Shown: piece by piece, positions 19,905-30,000 of the stretch
How positions within the stretch are numbered: position 1 is the stretch's first letter
Layout of the letters: every line of letters begins with the position of its first letter
Translations under genes and position numbers: made by a program
Notes under the pieces: model-generated
Seen by the model: only the letters and a program-made list of their open reading frames with translations
Told to the model about the DNA's origin: nothing
The model's database searches: none
NCBI GenBank assembly: GCA_008373095.1
Contig: RQOP01000037.1
Coordinates: 1-61,249, forward strand
DNA length: 61,249 bases
Reading direction: 5' to 3'
Origin: SAR202 cluster bacterium
GTDB taxonomy: Bacteria > Chloroflexota > Dehalococcoidia > Lucifugimonadales > UBA826

Positions 19905-20612
19905 TTATGTTGTGGATGAGGCCTTGAATACAAGAGTTTCAAACAATTTATCGAAATGTGGAGGTATTTCCCCTCTTCTTTCAGGATGAAATTGCACACC
20001 CAAAACCCACCGATTATTCGGACTTTCTAGCCCTTCTATTACTCCATCTTCCATTGACCAAGCAGATGCCATCAGATTGTCGGACTTTTGAGCTTCACCT
20101 ATCCCCTGGTGGTGACGATGATTTACACGAACAAACCCCCCGGAACCTACAGTTGCAGATAATCTACATCCAGGAGAAAGAAAAATTCTATGGTAACTGG
20201 AAACTCGCTCCTCTCCTTCCACTTCTTCACTATTGTGACCGTCAATATTTTGAATTAATGATCCGCCCATCGAAACATTTAATATTTGCATTCCTCTGCA
20301 TATTGCCAAGATTGGCAGATCCGCTTTAACAGCAGATTCTAATATAGGTAATTCCATTTCATCTAAATCCTCGTTATACCAAGAACCAGAGTTAGGATCA
20401 GGATCTTGAGAATAATGCTTGGGGTGCACGTCAGGGCCACCTGCCAACATAAGCCCGTCAATATTATCAATCACTTCCGAGACACCTCCAAAATTCGATG
20501 GAGTGATGAGTTTCACTGAAGCTCCAAACTTTTCTAGCATGGCCGCATAAGGTACAGATCTTTCATAATCTGAGCACGTGAGGCCTATTGTAGGGGTGTT
20601 ATATTCTTCCAT
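19905..20612 (-). CDS. Peptidase C26/gamma-glutamyl-gamma-aminobutyrate hydrolase-like class I glutamine amidotransferase
   Basis: GGPDVHP, AICRGMQILNV nucleophile, HHQG, GVQFHPE triad. Confidence 0.88.
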   Translation of the reverse strand: MEEYNTPTIGLTCSDYERSVPYAAMLEKFGASVKLITPSNFGGVSEVIDNIDGLMLAGGPDVHPKHYSQDPDPNSGSWYNEDLDEMELPILESAVKADLPILAICRGMQILNVSMGGSLIQNIDGHNSEEVEGEERVSSYHRIFLSPGCRLSATVGSGGFVRVNHRHHQGIGEAQKSDNLMASAWSMEDGVIEGLESPNNRWVLGVQFHPERRGEIPPHFDKLFETLVFKASSTT

Positions 20613-20624
20613 CTAAGAACTCCG

Positions 20625-21416
20625 TCAGGATAAATTGTGATAGTCAGGTGTCCTCTTTTCTCTAAAAGAAGTTAAAAATTCCTTATGAGCTGCAGTTTGC
20701 TGTGATTGGCTGAAAAATCTGCTCTCAATATCCATAACTTGATCTATATCATCTTTATGTTGGTGATCTATCATCATTCGCTTAATCTGACTTAATTGCC
20801 ATTCTGGATTAAAGGCGACCGAAGCAGCTAGCTCAACGGCTTTGTCAAGTAACTGATCATCAGGGAATACATGATTTACTAACCCAGATTCCAAGGCTTC
20901 ATCTGCTTCAATAAATCTACCTGTAAGCATAAATTCCATGGCTTTCGACATGCCAACCGTCTGACTTAGAAGGGTGGTGCTACCAAATTCAGGAGTGAGG
21001 CCTATATAGGCGAATCGAAAAGAAAGTTTGGCATTTTCCGACATTAATCTAATGTCACATCCCAGAGGAAGAGTTATACCCATGCCGATAGCATATCCAT
21101 TGATGGCACAAATAGTCGGTTTTGACTCCTTCATGAACGCGGGCCATTTTGGAAAAGCTGCGGTCTCACCATCAGCTTTTCTCGATTCACCTCGTGCAGT
21201 AGCCTCAAAATTACTGACATCTGCGCCAGCAGAAAAAGCCCTGCCTGCCCCTGTAATAACAATGGACCCAATAGTCGCATCATTATTAAAATCTCTAATT
21301 TGCAACCTCAACTCTCTATTTAGGTCGTCATTGAACGCATTTAAAAAATCGGGTCTATTTAAAGTTATGATTCCTACCCTACCAATCCGTTCAACCAATA
21401 TAGATTCATATCCCAT
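20625..21416 (-). CDS. Enoyl-CoA hydratase/isomerase (crotonase) family protein
   Basis: ITLNRPDFLNAF, GRAFSAGADV, KPTICAINGYAIG, CDIR. Confidence 0.9.
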   Translation of the reverse strand: MGYESILVERIGRVGIITLNRPDFLNAFNDDLNRELRLQIRDFNNDATIGSIVITGAGRAFSAGADVSNFEATARGESRKADGETAAFPKWPAFMKESKPTICAINGYAIGMGITLPLGCDIRLMSENAKLSFRFAYIGLTPEFGSTTLLSQTVGMSKAMEFMLTGRFIEADEALESGLVNHVFPDDQLLDKAVELAASVAFNPEWQLSQIKRMMIDHQHKDDIDQVMDIESRFFSQSQQTAAHKEFLTSFREKRTPDYHNLS

Positions 21417-21516
21417 GCTAAATCCCCTCTTAATGTTTACCTGAAGTCAAGTTATCATAGCTCTAAATAGCTAACAACATAAAACCAAGGCTAATCCACC
21501 AACCCAGGACAAAATT

Positions 21517-22563
21517 ATGAAAATTACTGATGTGAGAGCGGTATATCCTAAATATAAAAACGTCGTGCCCTCTTGGCGCACTCACTTCTGGCAAATAGTT
21601 GTTCGGGTGGAAACCGATCAAGGTATCGTTGGTTTCGGATATGGCGGTGGTGGAGTAGCTGCGGTTGAGGTGGTAAATAGACATTTTAGGGAACTCCTTT
21701 TGGGAAAAGAAATTGGCAATACTGAAGACATAAAAAAAACTTGGGAATTACTATATTCAGCCTCGCTTCCCTATGGGAGAAAAGGAATTGCAATAATGGC
21801 CCTGAGTGGAGTGGACCTTGCTCTATGGGATCTTCTTGGAAAAGCAGAACACTCCCCAGTCTACGAATTGATAGGAACACGCAACAAAGACTCTGCCAGA
21901 TCTTACGCAACCGGTACAGATGTCGAATGGTACTCAGAGTTAGGGTTTACAGCTCATAAATTCCCACACAGATGGACATCTGAAAAAGATATTTCCACTG
22001 CTATTTCTACTGCTAGCAATGCCAGAAATATACTGGGACAAGAGGCATTGGTAATGATAGACACATACATGTCATGGAGTTTTGAAACTACCCTACAAAT
22101 GTCGGAATCTTTAAAAGATTTTAATATTTACTGGTTTGAAGATGTCGTTAACCCAGATGCACTTGATGCGCAGTCTGAGCTAAGGAAGTTGGTTGCCCCA
22201 ACCTTGATTGCCGGTGGTGAACATGAATTTACCGAATATGGCTATCAAGAAATCGCCCGAACTTCAGCTTTAGGCCTTTGGCAGCCTGACATTACTTGGT
22301 GTGGAGGTATAACATCCGGTATTCGCATCGTGGAAATGGCTCATTCCCTTGGGATACCAGTGTCACCCCATAGAGGTGGAGAAGTTTGGGGTCTCCATCT
22401 CATTGTATCTTCAAATTGTGATAACTTGGCGGAGGTACTTCCAGGTACAAGAAACGGAAACAAAGACGAACTTTGGGTGGGAGAACCTGTACCAGAAAAC
22501 GGTTACATCGCACCAACAGAGGATCCTGGTTTTGGCGTTGAAGTGAACGAAATGTTGTTATGA
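21517..22563 (+). CDS. Enolase-superfamily acid-sugar dehydratase, L-rhamnonate dehydratase-like
   Basis: YGRKGIAIMALSGVDLALWDL, KFP, DTYMS, WFED, GEHEFT, QPDITWCGGIT, PH, PGFGVE. Confidence 0.8.
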   Translation: MKITDVRAVYPKYKNVVPSWRTHFWQIVVRVETDQGIVGFGYGGGGVAAVEVVNRHFRELLLGKEIGNTEDIKKTWELLYSASLPYGRKGIAIMALSGVDLALWDLLGKAEHSPVYELIGTRNKDSARSYATGTDVEWYSELGFTAHKFPHRWTSEKDISTAISTASNARNILGQEALVMIDTYMSWSFETTLQMSESLKDFNIYWFEDVVNPDALDAQSELRKLVAPTLIAGGEHEFTEYGYQEIARTSALGLWQPDITWCGGITSGIRIVEMAHSLGIPVSPHRGGEVWGLHLIVSSNCDNLAEVLPGTRNGNKDELWVGEPVPENGYIAPTEDPGFGVEVNEMLL

Positions 22564-22582
22564 ATTAAAAACGAGAAGTCTG

Positions 22583-23569
22583 TCACTGCCCATATCCAGA
22601 AGAATCAATCAAACCCTTTATATATCCATAAGTGTACGCAAATCCCACCATTTTTGAGTTTTCACCTGCCATGTGAGGAACATGATCCGGCATTAGCATA
22701 TAGGGATAGCCTAGCTCACCATACAAATCGACACACTTTTTCATGTCCACATCGCCATCATCAATATAAGTCTCTATAAAATCTAGAAACCCGCCTTTGA
22801 TATTCCTAAAGTGCACATTGAATATTTTTTTCCGCTCCCCAAAATACCTGATAACATCGAAAATCTCCTCCGCGGGGTTCTCCAACATCTCTGTCACTGT
22901 TCCTTGGCAGAAATTCAGTCCATGATATTCACTGGTATTTAAGTTAATGAACTTCTTTAATCCATCAACACTACCTAAGACTCTGTCAACCCCTCTAAAA
23001 CCCTCCGGCCTAGGCATACCTGGGTCATGAGGATGTAGAGCCATACGAATTTTGTACTCATCAGCTACTGGCACTACAGATTGAACAAAATAATTTATTC
23101 TTTCCCACATCATGTCTTCTGTGGTAGGGCCAGACAGGGTCAACGGAGGGTCTTGCACAGCAGCACGATGCCGAAATGCTCTTGTAGTAGAGCCTCCCCT
23201 CCATTTTTCATCCTCCGTACTTACCACACCTAAAAGGGTCAGGTTATATTTAACCGCAGGAATTCCTGCCAAAGAGCAGTTTTTAATTATATTTTGAATC
23301 AGTTCTATCTCTCTATCTCTGTCGGGAGATTTACCTAGCATAATATTAGGGTTTTCCGCGCTAGATATTTCATGTGAATTAAGCGGCAAAGGAATGAAAT
23401 CAAGTTTTAACCCAAAAGATTCTACGTATTCTCTATATGTTGTTAACAATTGTTCAGTCCAGTCTTTCGGGTCACCTGGGGGAAATCCGCAAATATGATT
23501 TACCCCAAGCTGTGCAAATACCCTATAGTCGTCGTCATTTCTAGCCTTAAGCTGCGTTCCAACATGCAT
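22583..23569 (-). CDS. uxuA: Mannonate dehydratase family protein
   Basis: [51 protein letters not shown]. Confidence 0.75.
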   Translation of the reverse strand: MHVGTQLKARNDDDYRVFAQLGVNHICGFPPGDPKDWTEQLLTTYREYVESFGLKLDFIPLPLNSHEISSAENPNIMLGKSPDRDREIELIQNIIKNCSLAGIPAVKYNLTLLGVVSTEDEKWRGGSTTRAFRHRAAVQDPPLTLSGPTTEDMMWERINYFVQSVVPVADEYKIRMALHPHDPGMPRPEGFRGVDRVLGSVDGLKKFINLNTSEYHGLNFCQGTVTEMLENPAEEIFDVIRYFGERKKIFNVHFRNIKGGFLDFIETYIDDGDVDMKKCVDLYGELGYPYMLMPDHVPHMAGENSKMVGFAYTYGYIKGLIDSSGYGQ

Positions 23570-23581
23570 TCAATTCACCAA

Positions 23582-24697
23582 TCACTTTAATACGTCTATT
23601 TTATGGTCCTCTATGTAATTCCAATCAATTTGATACCCTAATCCTGCCGAATTAGTCGCCGTTATGACCCCTTCTTCATCAGGAGACACATCGTTCATTA
23701 AACCAAACTGATGTGCTTCAGTGGGCATCCAATATTCATAATAGGCACAATTACTGACTGAATAAATAACATGTAAATTGGCTATGTTCATTAATGAGTT
23801 GCCAGCTGTTCCAATCTCACAATTATATCCAAATCCTTCTGCCATAGAACATAATTTCTTAAGACCTGTTATCCCTAATTTAGCTGCGGTTCCTCTTATT
23901 AACCGGTTGGACCTAGTCCTAATTGCGTTAGCACCCCAGTAGAACTGATTATCAGACTGGTCACTCATACATATTGGAACTCTTAACCTTCTACTCAATT
24001 CACTAATTCCGTCCAGATCGAAATGCGAAACAGGATCTTCGTACCAGTAAAACCCGTTTTGGTCCAAAGCTTGTCCTATCTCCAATGCCTTTCCATATTC
24101 ATATCCGCAATTAGGGTCGAGCATAAGGGCTATTTCAGGCCCTACCCTATCCCTAACCATACTCACCATCCTTACGACTTCATCCGTATCCATTACACCT
24201 GGATGAATTTTATATGCCTTGAATCCTCTAGAAATAATTTCTTCCGCCTCACTCACATAACCAGAGGCATCTAGGTGCCGAGGTGGATAGGTAGCGTAGG
24301 CATTTATTTCGTTTCTTTGATTCCCAAGAAGATTATGAATAGGCAGTCCTGACTGTTTACCAGCTGCGTCCCACAGCGCAATATCAACCGGTGCCCATGC
24401 CGACATATTTATTCCTCTGCGAGCGGCCAATATTTGCAACCTGCTCCATAACCACTCTCTTTTAGCAACCTCCACTCCCAGCAATTCTGGTTTTAAAACC
24501 CCCAAAATAGGCTCATGCAGAGCCTTGGAGCCTTTCCTAAATTCACCTAGAAAACAATTTCCTTCAACCCCTTCATCCGTGAAAATTCGTAGGAGGCCTT
24601 GCTGAACAGTACCAGAAAATCTTCCAAGATCGGAATCTAATCCTGTATCTGGCAACTCCCTCTCAACAACTTCAATCGTTAAATCCGAAACTTTCAT
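23582..24697 (-). CDS. Mandelate racemase/muconate lactonizing enzyme family protein
   Basis: VDIALWDAAGK, YKIH, LMLDPN, WYEDP, ANLHV, GLG. Confidence 0.85.
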   Translation of the reverse strand: MKVSDLTIEVVERELPDTGLDSDLGRFSGTVQQGLLRIFTDEGVEGNCFLGEFRKGSKALHEPILGVLKPELLGVEVAKREWLWSRLQILAARRGINMSAWAPVDIALWDAAGKQSGLPIHNLLGNQRNEINAYATYPPRHLDASGYVSEAEEIISRGFKAYKIHPGVMDTDEVVRMVSMVRDRVGPEIALMLDPNCGYEYGKALEIGQALDQNGFYWYEDPVSHFDLDGISELSRRLRVPICMSDQSDNQFYWGANAIRTRSNRLIRGTAAKLGITGLKKLCSMAEGFGYNCEIGTAGNSLMNIANLHVIYSVSNCAYYEYWMPTEAHQFGLMNDVSPDEEGVITATNSAGLGYQIDWNYIEDHKIDVLK

Positions 24698-24748
24698 TCG
24701 ACTCTCCTTAAAAAAGACTTCAATGACGGATTATATAAGAATTCACGG

Positions 24749-24757
24749 TGTTAGAAT
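24749..24757 (+). promoter_or_regulatory. Extended -10 (TGtTAGAAT), predicted leaderless start at the ATG at 24764
   Basis: TGTTAGAAT-ttcatg-ATG with no SD. Confidence 0.55.
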
Positions 24758-24763
24758 TTCATG

Positions 24764-26068
24764 ATGGAATTGTTTAAAAGGGCGACGTCTTGGACGCCTA
24801 AAACCACTATCTACTATGGTTGGATAGTTATAGCAGTAGGAGCCTTGGGGACTTATGCCTCTTCTGGATCAGCGCAAGTAACCCTTGCAGGAATTCAGAC
24901 TCTTATTTTTGAAGACACAGGGTGGGACCGAAGCACAATAGCGCTTGGAATAACTATAGGGACTTGGGTAGCAGGTCTCCTGACACCTGTATTCGGGAAA
25001 ATAGCGGATACTCATGGTCCTCGTTTGGCTATGCCATTAACTTCCCTAATAGTCGGTGTGTGTTTTTACTGGATCGGAGGCATGTCTGCTATTTGGCATT
25101 TCTATGTCGCATACATCATTGCTAGAGGATTAGGAAATCCTGTTCTAATTGGAGTGATGCCCAGGACAGTAGCAGTAAATTTCTTTGACAGGAAAAGAAA
25201 TCTGGCCTTGGGTATAGTTTCAATGGCTAGGCCTTGCTTCGGTGCCATAAATGTGCAACTAATCACCTTGATAAGCACCTGGTCCAGTTGGCGAACAGCG
25301 TACAAATTACTCGGGGTATATTCCATTCTACTGACCATACCTTTATCACTTTTCATCCGAAAAGATCCTGAATCAATTGGGCTTTTACCTGATGGAGAAA
25401 AACCCAAATTGTCGAATCAAGAATCGTTCATCAAATCTGAAGAAGTTGCCGATATAGACAAACATATTTGGTCTGCGAGAGAGGCTGCAAAAACTTTCAC
25501 ATTATGGGCGATAGTATCAGCAGAATTTTTGATAATCCTTACATCCGGCACCATCGGATTTCAATTAGTGCCTTATTTACATGAATCTGGTTTGCCAATC
25601 TCTATGGCAGCTTTAGCCTGGACAATAAGTACCCTACTAAACGCATTTTCTAATCCAATATGGGGATTTCTATCAGATATATATTCACCTAGAAAATTAG
25701 TGTTAAGCGCAATGCCAATATGTCTAGTCGTAACCTCAATTTTTCTCCTTATAGATGGCGGTTACCCTGGCTTCGCATGTGTAGTTATATGGGGGGCAGC
25801 TAGCGGTGGTCTTAATGTCTTAGGAGGTATGATCATAGCAAACTATTTTGGGAGGCACTCATTTGGATCAATATCAGGAATCATGGGACCATTTCAGATT
25901 ATTGGACTTGGCTTAGGGCCAATAATAGGGGCAATCATGTACGATGCCACAGGTGGCTACATGTACCTGTTTGCATTTGCAATCATCACATACATCGCAG
26001 CAACAATACTTTTTTTCTTTGCAAAGCCCCCTAAAATGAAAATATTTCAATCTGTAGAAAACGCGTGA
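24764..26068 (+). CDS. MFS transporter (OFA/monocarboxylate-like)
   Basis: IYYGWIV, GKIADTHGPR motif A, about 12 TM helices, YFGRHSFGSISG; alternative start at 24761. Confidence 0.9.
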   Translation: MELFKRATSWTPKTTIYYGWIVIAVGALGTYASSGSAQVTLAGIQTLIFEDTGWDRSTIALGITIGTWVAGLLTPVFGKIADTHGPRLAMPLTSLIVGVCFYWIGGMSAIWHFYVAYIIARGLGNPVLIGVMPRTVAVNFFDRKRNLALGIVSMARPCFGAINVQLITLISTWSSWRTAYKLLGVYSILLTIPLSLFIRKDPESIGLLPDGEKPKLSNQESFIKSEEVADIDKHIWSAREAAKTFTLWAIVSAEFLIILTSGTIGFQLVPYLHESGLPISMAALAWTISTLLNAFSNPIWGFLSDIYSPRKLVLSAMPICLVVTSIFLLIDGGYPGFACVVIWGAASGGLNVLGGMIIANYFGRHSFGSISGIMGPFQIIGLGLGPIIGAIMYDATGGYMYLFAFAIITYIAATILFFFAKPPKMKIFQSVENA

Positions 26069-26069
26069 T

Positions 26070-26981
26070 ATGAAAGTTATTAAGATCTATTTGTCCTGTT
26101 TGCTACTCTCAATGGCTCTGCTGAATCTTTCTTGCAGTCAAGAAATAAATAGCAAAACAAATATTCCTAAAGAATCTAGTTCTGCAAAGACTCGCATTGC
26201 CCTTGCGGTCAGTGATTTAAGTATAGGGACCCATAGGTTGGCCTTTGGAATTATTGAAGCTGGAATTGGTCCTATTAAAAATGATGAAATTAAGCTTGAG
26301 ACTTTTTTTCTACAAGATGAAAATAATCCATTATTAAAAGAAACCCTTGTGGCTGAATTTCAGAAGTGGCCTGTCGGAAATAAAGGAGTTTATACAAGTA
26401 TGGCTACATTTGACAGAGCAGGTAAATGGGGCATTGGGATCACTTATGAAACACCTAATGGCCTTATAGAACGAGCTTCTACAGTGATAGATGTAGCTGA
26501 AAAAAGTCTGGCCCCATTTGTTGGGGACAAAGCATACCCATCAAGAAACATTACTAACGCCATTACTAACAATTTACATGACCTTACAACGGACCCAACC
26601 CCCTACTCCCCGTTCTACGAATACTCTATAGAAAAAACTATAACTGAAAGGATGTCTTCCCTTATTCTTTTTGCATCGCCCGCCTTTTGCACTACTGGGA
26701 CATGTGGTCCGCAAATAGATATTATAAAAAATCTGCATTCAGATTTTTCCAAAGAAGTAGTGTTTATACATGTTGAAATTTATGAAAATCCTGCAGACAT
26801 AACAGGGGATATATCCAATGCCAGCGTAGTACAAGCCGTCAAAGATTGGAATTTACCTAGTGAACCATGGGTATTTTTAGTGGATGAAGACGGAATTGTA
26901 AGGCAGAGGTTTGAGGGCTTGGCTACTTATCAAGAAATTAAGTCTGCCCTCACTCAAAATAATTTCATTACCGGAAAGTAA
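26070..26981 (+). CDS. Putative lipoprotein with C-terminal thioredoxin-like fold (Cx4C)
   Basis: Signal peptide ending LNLSC, FASPAFCTTGTCGP, FIHVEIY, SEPWVFLVDEDGIV..RFEG. Confidence 0.7.
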   Translation: MKVIKIYLSCLLLSMALLNLSCSQEINSKTNIPKESSSAKTRIALAVSDLSIGTHRLAFGIIEAGIGPIKNDEIKLETFFLQDENNPLLKETLVAEFQKWPVGNKGVYTSMATFDRAGKWGIGITYETPNGLIERASTVIDVAEKSLAPFVGDKAYPSRNITNAITNNLHDLTTDPTPYSPFYEYSIEKTITERMSSLILFASPAFCTTGTCGPQIDIIKNLHSDFSKEVVFIHVEIYENPADITGDISNASVVQAVKDWNLPSEPWVFLVDEDGIVRQRFEGLATYQEIKSALTQNNFITGK

Positions 26982-27000
26982 TGATATGATTACTTTCAAA

Positions 27001-27034
27001 GGCCGGCCCTTAACGGGACCGGTCATTTGTTGTT
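27001..27034 (+). terminator. Putative intrinsic terminator after the MFS-lipoprotein pair, directly upstream of mfd
   Basis: GGCCGGCCC-ttaac-GGG(a)CCGGTC stem followed by ATTTGTTGTT. Confidence 0.5.
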
Positions 27035-27054
27035 AATTACATTTGAATCAATAT

Positions 27055-30000
27055 ATGAATCTTATAGAAATTACGGAAATTCTGAATTCAGATAGCAATT
27101 ATGATCAATTGTTATCTGAAATCAAAAAAGGGAAATCTGGAACACGAGTTCAGGTTATAGATGAAGCTGTACCTTTTCTCACAGCATCAATATGGAAGAG
27201 ATTGCAGGTACCTATCCTACTTGTTTGCCCAACTCCAGAACATTCAAGACGTCTATACGAACACCTATCCGCCTGGCTGGGGAATGAAATTCAGCCGCTG
27301 AGATTCAGTGAAAGTGAAATATTACCCTTCGAAAGATTGACGGAAGACCTCTCGACTGCACAGGAAAGACTTCGTACGCTAAATCATCTTTTTAAAAATA
27401 AATCTCATCCGTCAGTCATAGTCACTTCAGCAGCAGCGCTTACTCAAAAAACGATTTCAACTGAATCTTTTGAAGAAAATTCTTTTACCTATTCGCAGGG
27501 TGACAAAGTTAACTTGGAAGAGCTCTCTAGATATTGGCAACAGATGGGTTACTCTTTTGAATCAAATGTTTCAGACCCAGGTACAGCGAGTCGAAGAGGT
27601 GGAATTGTGGATGTATTTCCGATAGGCGAAGAAATTCCCTATCGTGTCGAACTTTGGGGTGATCAAATAGACAGCATAAGGACATTCGATCCAGATACAC
27701 AAAGATCAATAGATATCGTAGAACAATTTTCCATAAGCCCAGCCAGGGAAACTTTGACAGCATCTATCACAGAAGATGAATTTGACCGGCTACTTTCCCA
27801 TGTAGATCTATCCCAATGTAATCCGGAAGAAATAACTCGATTCAGCTCTGAAATAGATGACTTATCGAAAGGGAGCCAAATCGAAGAATTAGGCTTATAT
27901 TCGGGTTTTTTCAACCATGGAACTTTATTGGACTACTTCCCTTCAAATGGTTTGCTCATCTCCTACAGGAATATAGACGCTATGAATTCTGTTTGGGATG
28001 TTGAGGAAAGGTCTAATCAATTGAGAACGGTAAAAGAAAATCGCGGCGAGCTTCCTATCAATTTTCCAACGGATAGGATCCCTTGGGATGAAATGGCAAA
28101 TTCCATTCAGCTTCTAAAAAACAACTTGTTCCTGATGCCTTGGGGAGCATCAGATCTAGATAACAGCAATACGATCCCAATGCCTTTTAGCTCACCGCCT
28201 TTGTACAAAGGGGATATAGAGACATTGGCCGAAGATACGTCTGAGTTCATAAATGGTGGTGATAGAGTGATTACGATCACTTCTCACCACTCCAGGTTAA
28301 AAGAACTTCTTAGTAACCTAGATCCTGCTCAGCCAGACGCCACTGCCAAAATAGATGATCTAGGCTCCTTGTCAATAATCGGTGTTGACACTGCGAATAT
28401 TGGAGATGGATTTGTAATCAATACATCAAAAAACCGCCTGACCTTGCTTGGTGATAAGGAAATATTCGGTATAGCCAAACGAAGGCGGGCCAAAAGAACC
28501 AATAAGGCCGCTCGAGAAACTTTCTTTGAAGAAATATCTCCTGGTGATTACGTAGTTCACGTAGAACATGGTATAGCCAAATTTATTGGTACGGATAGTA
28601 AATATGATGAGTCTGGAAACCATGAATATTTGATTCTCCAGTATGCCCAAGGGGATAAGCTTTATGTGCCTATGGAACATTTAGACAGAGTTGCTCCTTA
28701 CGTGGCTCCCATGGATAGATCTCCTTCACTGACAAGGTTAGGAACACAAGAATGGTCTCGAACTAAAGAAAGAGTCGAAAAATCCACACGGGAAATGGCC
28801 ATGGAGTTGCTCTCAATATATGCAGCTAGACAAGTCAGTAAAGGACACGCGACTGGCCCAGACACAAAATGGCAATTCGAGCTTGAAGAATCATTTCCAT
28901 ATGAGGAAACCGTGGATCAAATTTCCACACTAACAGAAATAAAAGACGATATGGAATCAGAGCGACCAATGGATAGACTTATATGCGGAGATGTTGGCTA
29001 CGGTAAAACAGAACTAGCCTTACGCGCAGCCTTCAAGACTGTGATGGATGGGAAACAAGTAGCAGTGTTAGTACCTACAACAGTACTAGCCCAGCAACAC
29101 TATGAAACTTTCTTAGAAAGAATGAAAGCTTTCCCTGTGGAGTTATCCGTCCTGAGCCGATTCAAATCAAATTTAGAGCAGAAGAAAACCTTAGAGGCAC
29201 TAAAGGATGGGACGATTGACATATGTATTGGCACACACCGCTTGGTCCAAAAAGATGTCAAATTCAAAGACCTAGGCCTTGTAATAATAGATGAGGAGCA
29301 ACGATTTGGAGTAATACACAAAGAAAGACTTAAACAAATGCGAAGCCAAGTGGACATCCTAACTCTCACAGCTACGCCTATACCCAGAACTTTACACATG
29401 TCTTTGGCAGGGGTAAGGGATATGAGCACCATAGAAACAGCTCCTGAAGAAAGACTACCAATAAAAACCTATGTTTCTGAATTTAGTGACGAGCTCATAA
29501 GAGAAGCGATTCTTAGGGAAATGGACCGACAAGGGCAGGTGTATTTTTTACACAACAGAGTTTATAACATCGAATATATGTCTGAATATATTAGGACTCT
29601 CGTACCTGACGCTAAAGTCGGAATCGCACATGGTCAAATGTCAGAAAAAGAATTAGAAAAGTCAATGTCAACTTTCTCACAAGGAGAAACTGACGTTTTA
29701 CTTTGTACCACCATAATAGAATCAGGACTAGATATACCAAATGCAAACACCTTGATCGTTAACCGCGCAGATTCATTTGGTCTAGCCCAACTTTACCAAT
29801 TAAGAGGACGGATCGGAAGGAGTTCAAAAAGAGGTTACTCGTACCTACTTATTCCCAAAAGTAATAGTATGACTGAATCGGCGGAAAGACGTCTGAAAGC
29901 AATGCTTTCAGCTACAGAATTAGGTTCAGGCTTCAAAATAGCTATGAAAGATTTGGAAATAAGAGGAGCTGGAAACATTTTGGGAGCCGAACAGAGCGGC

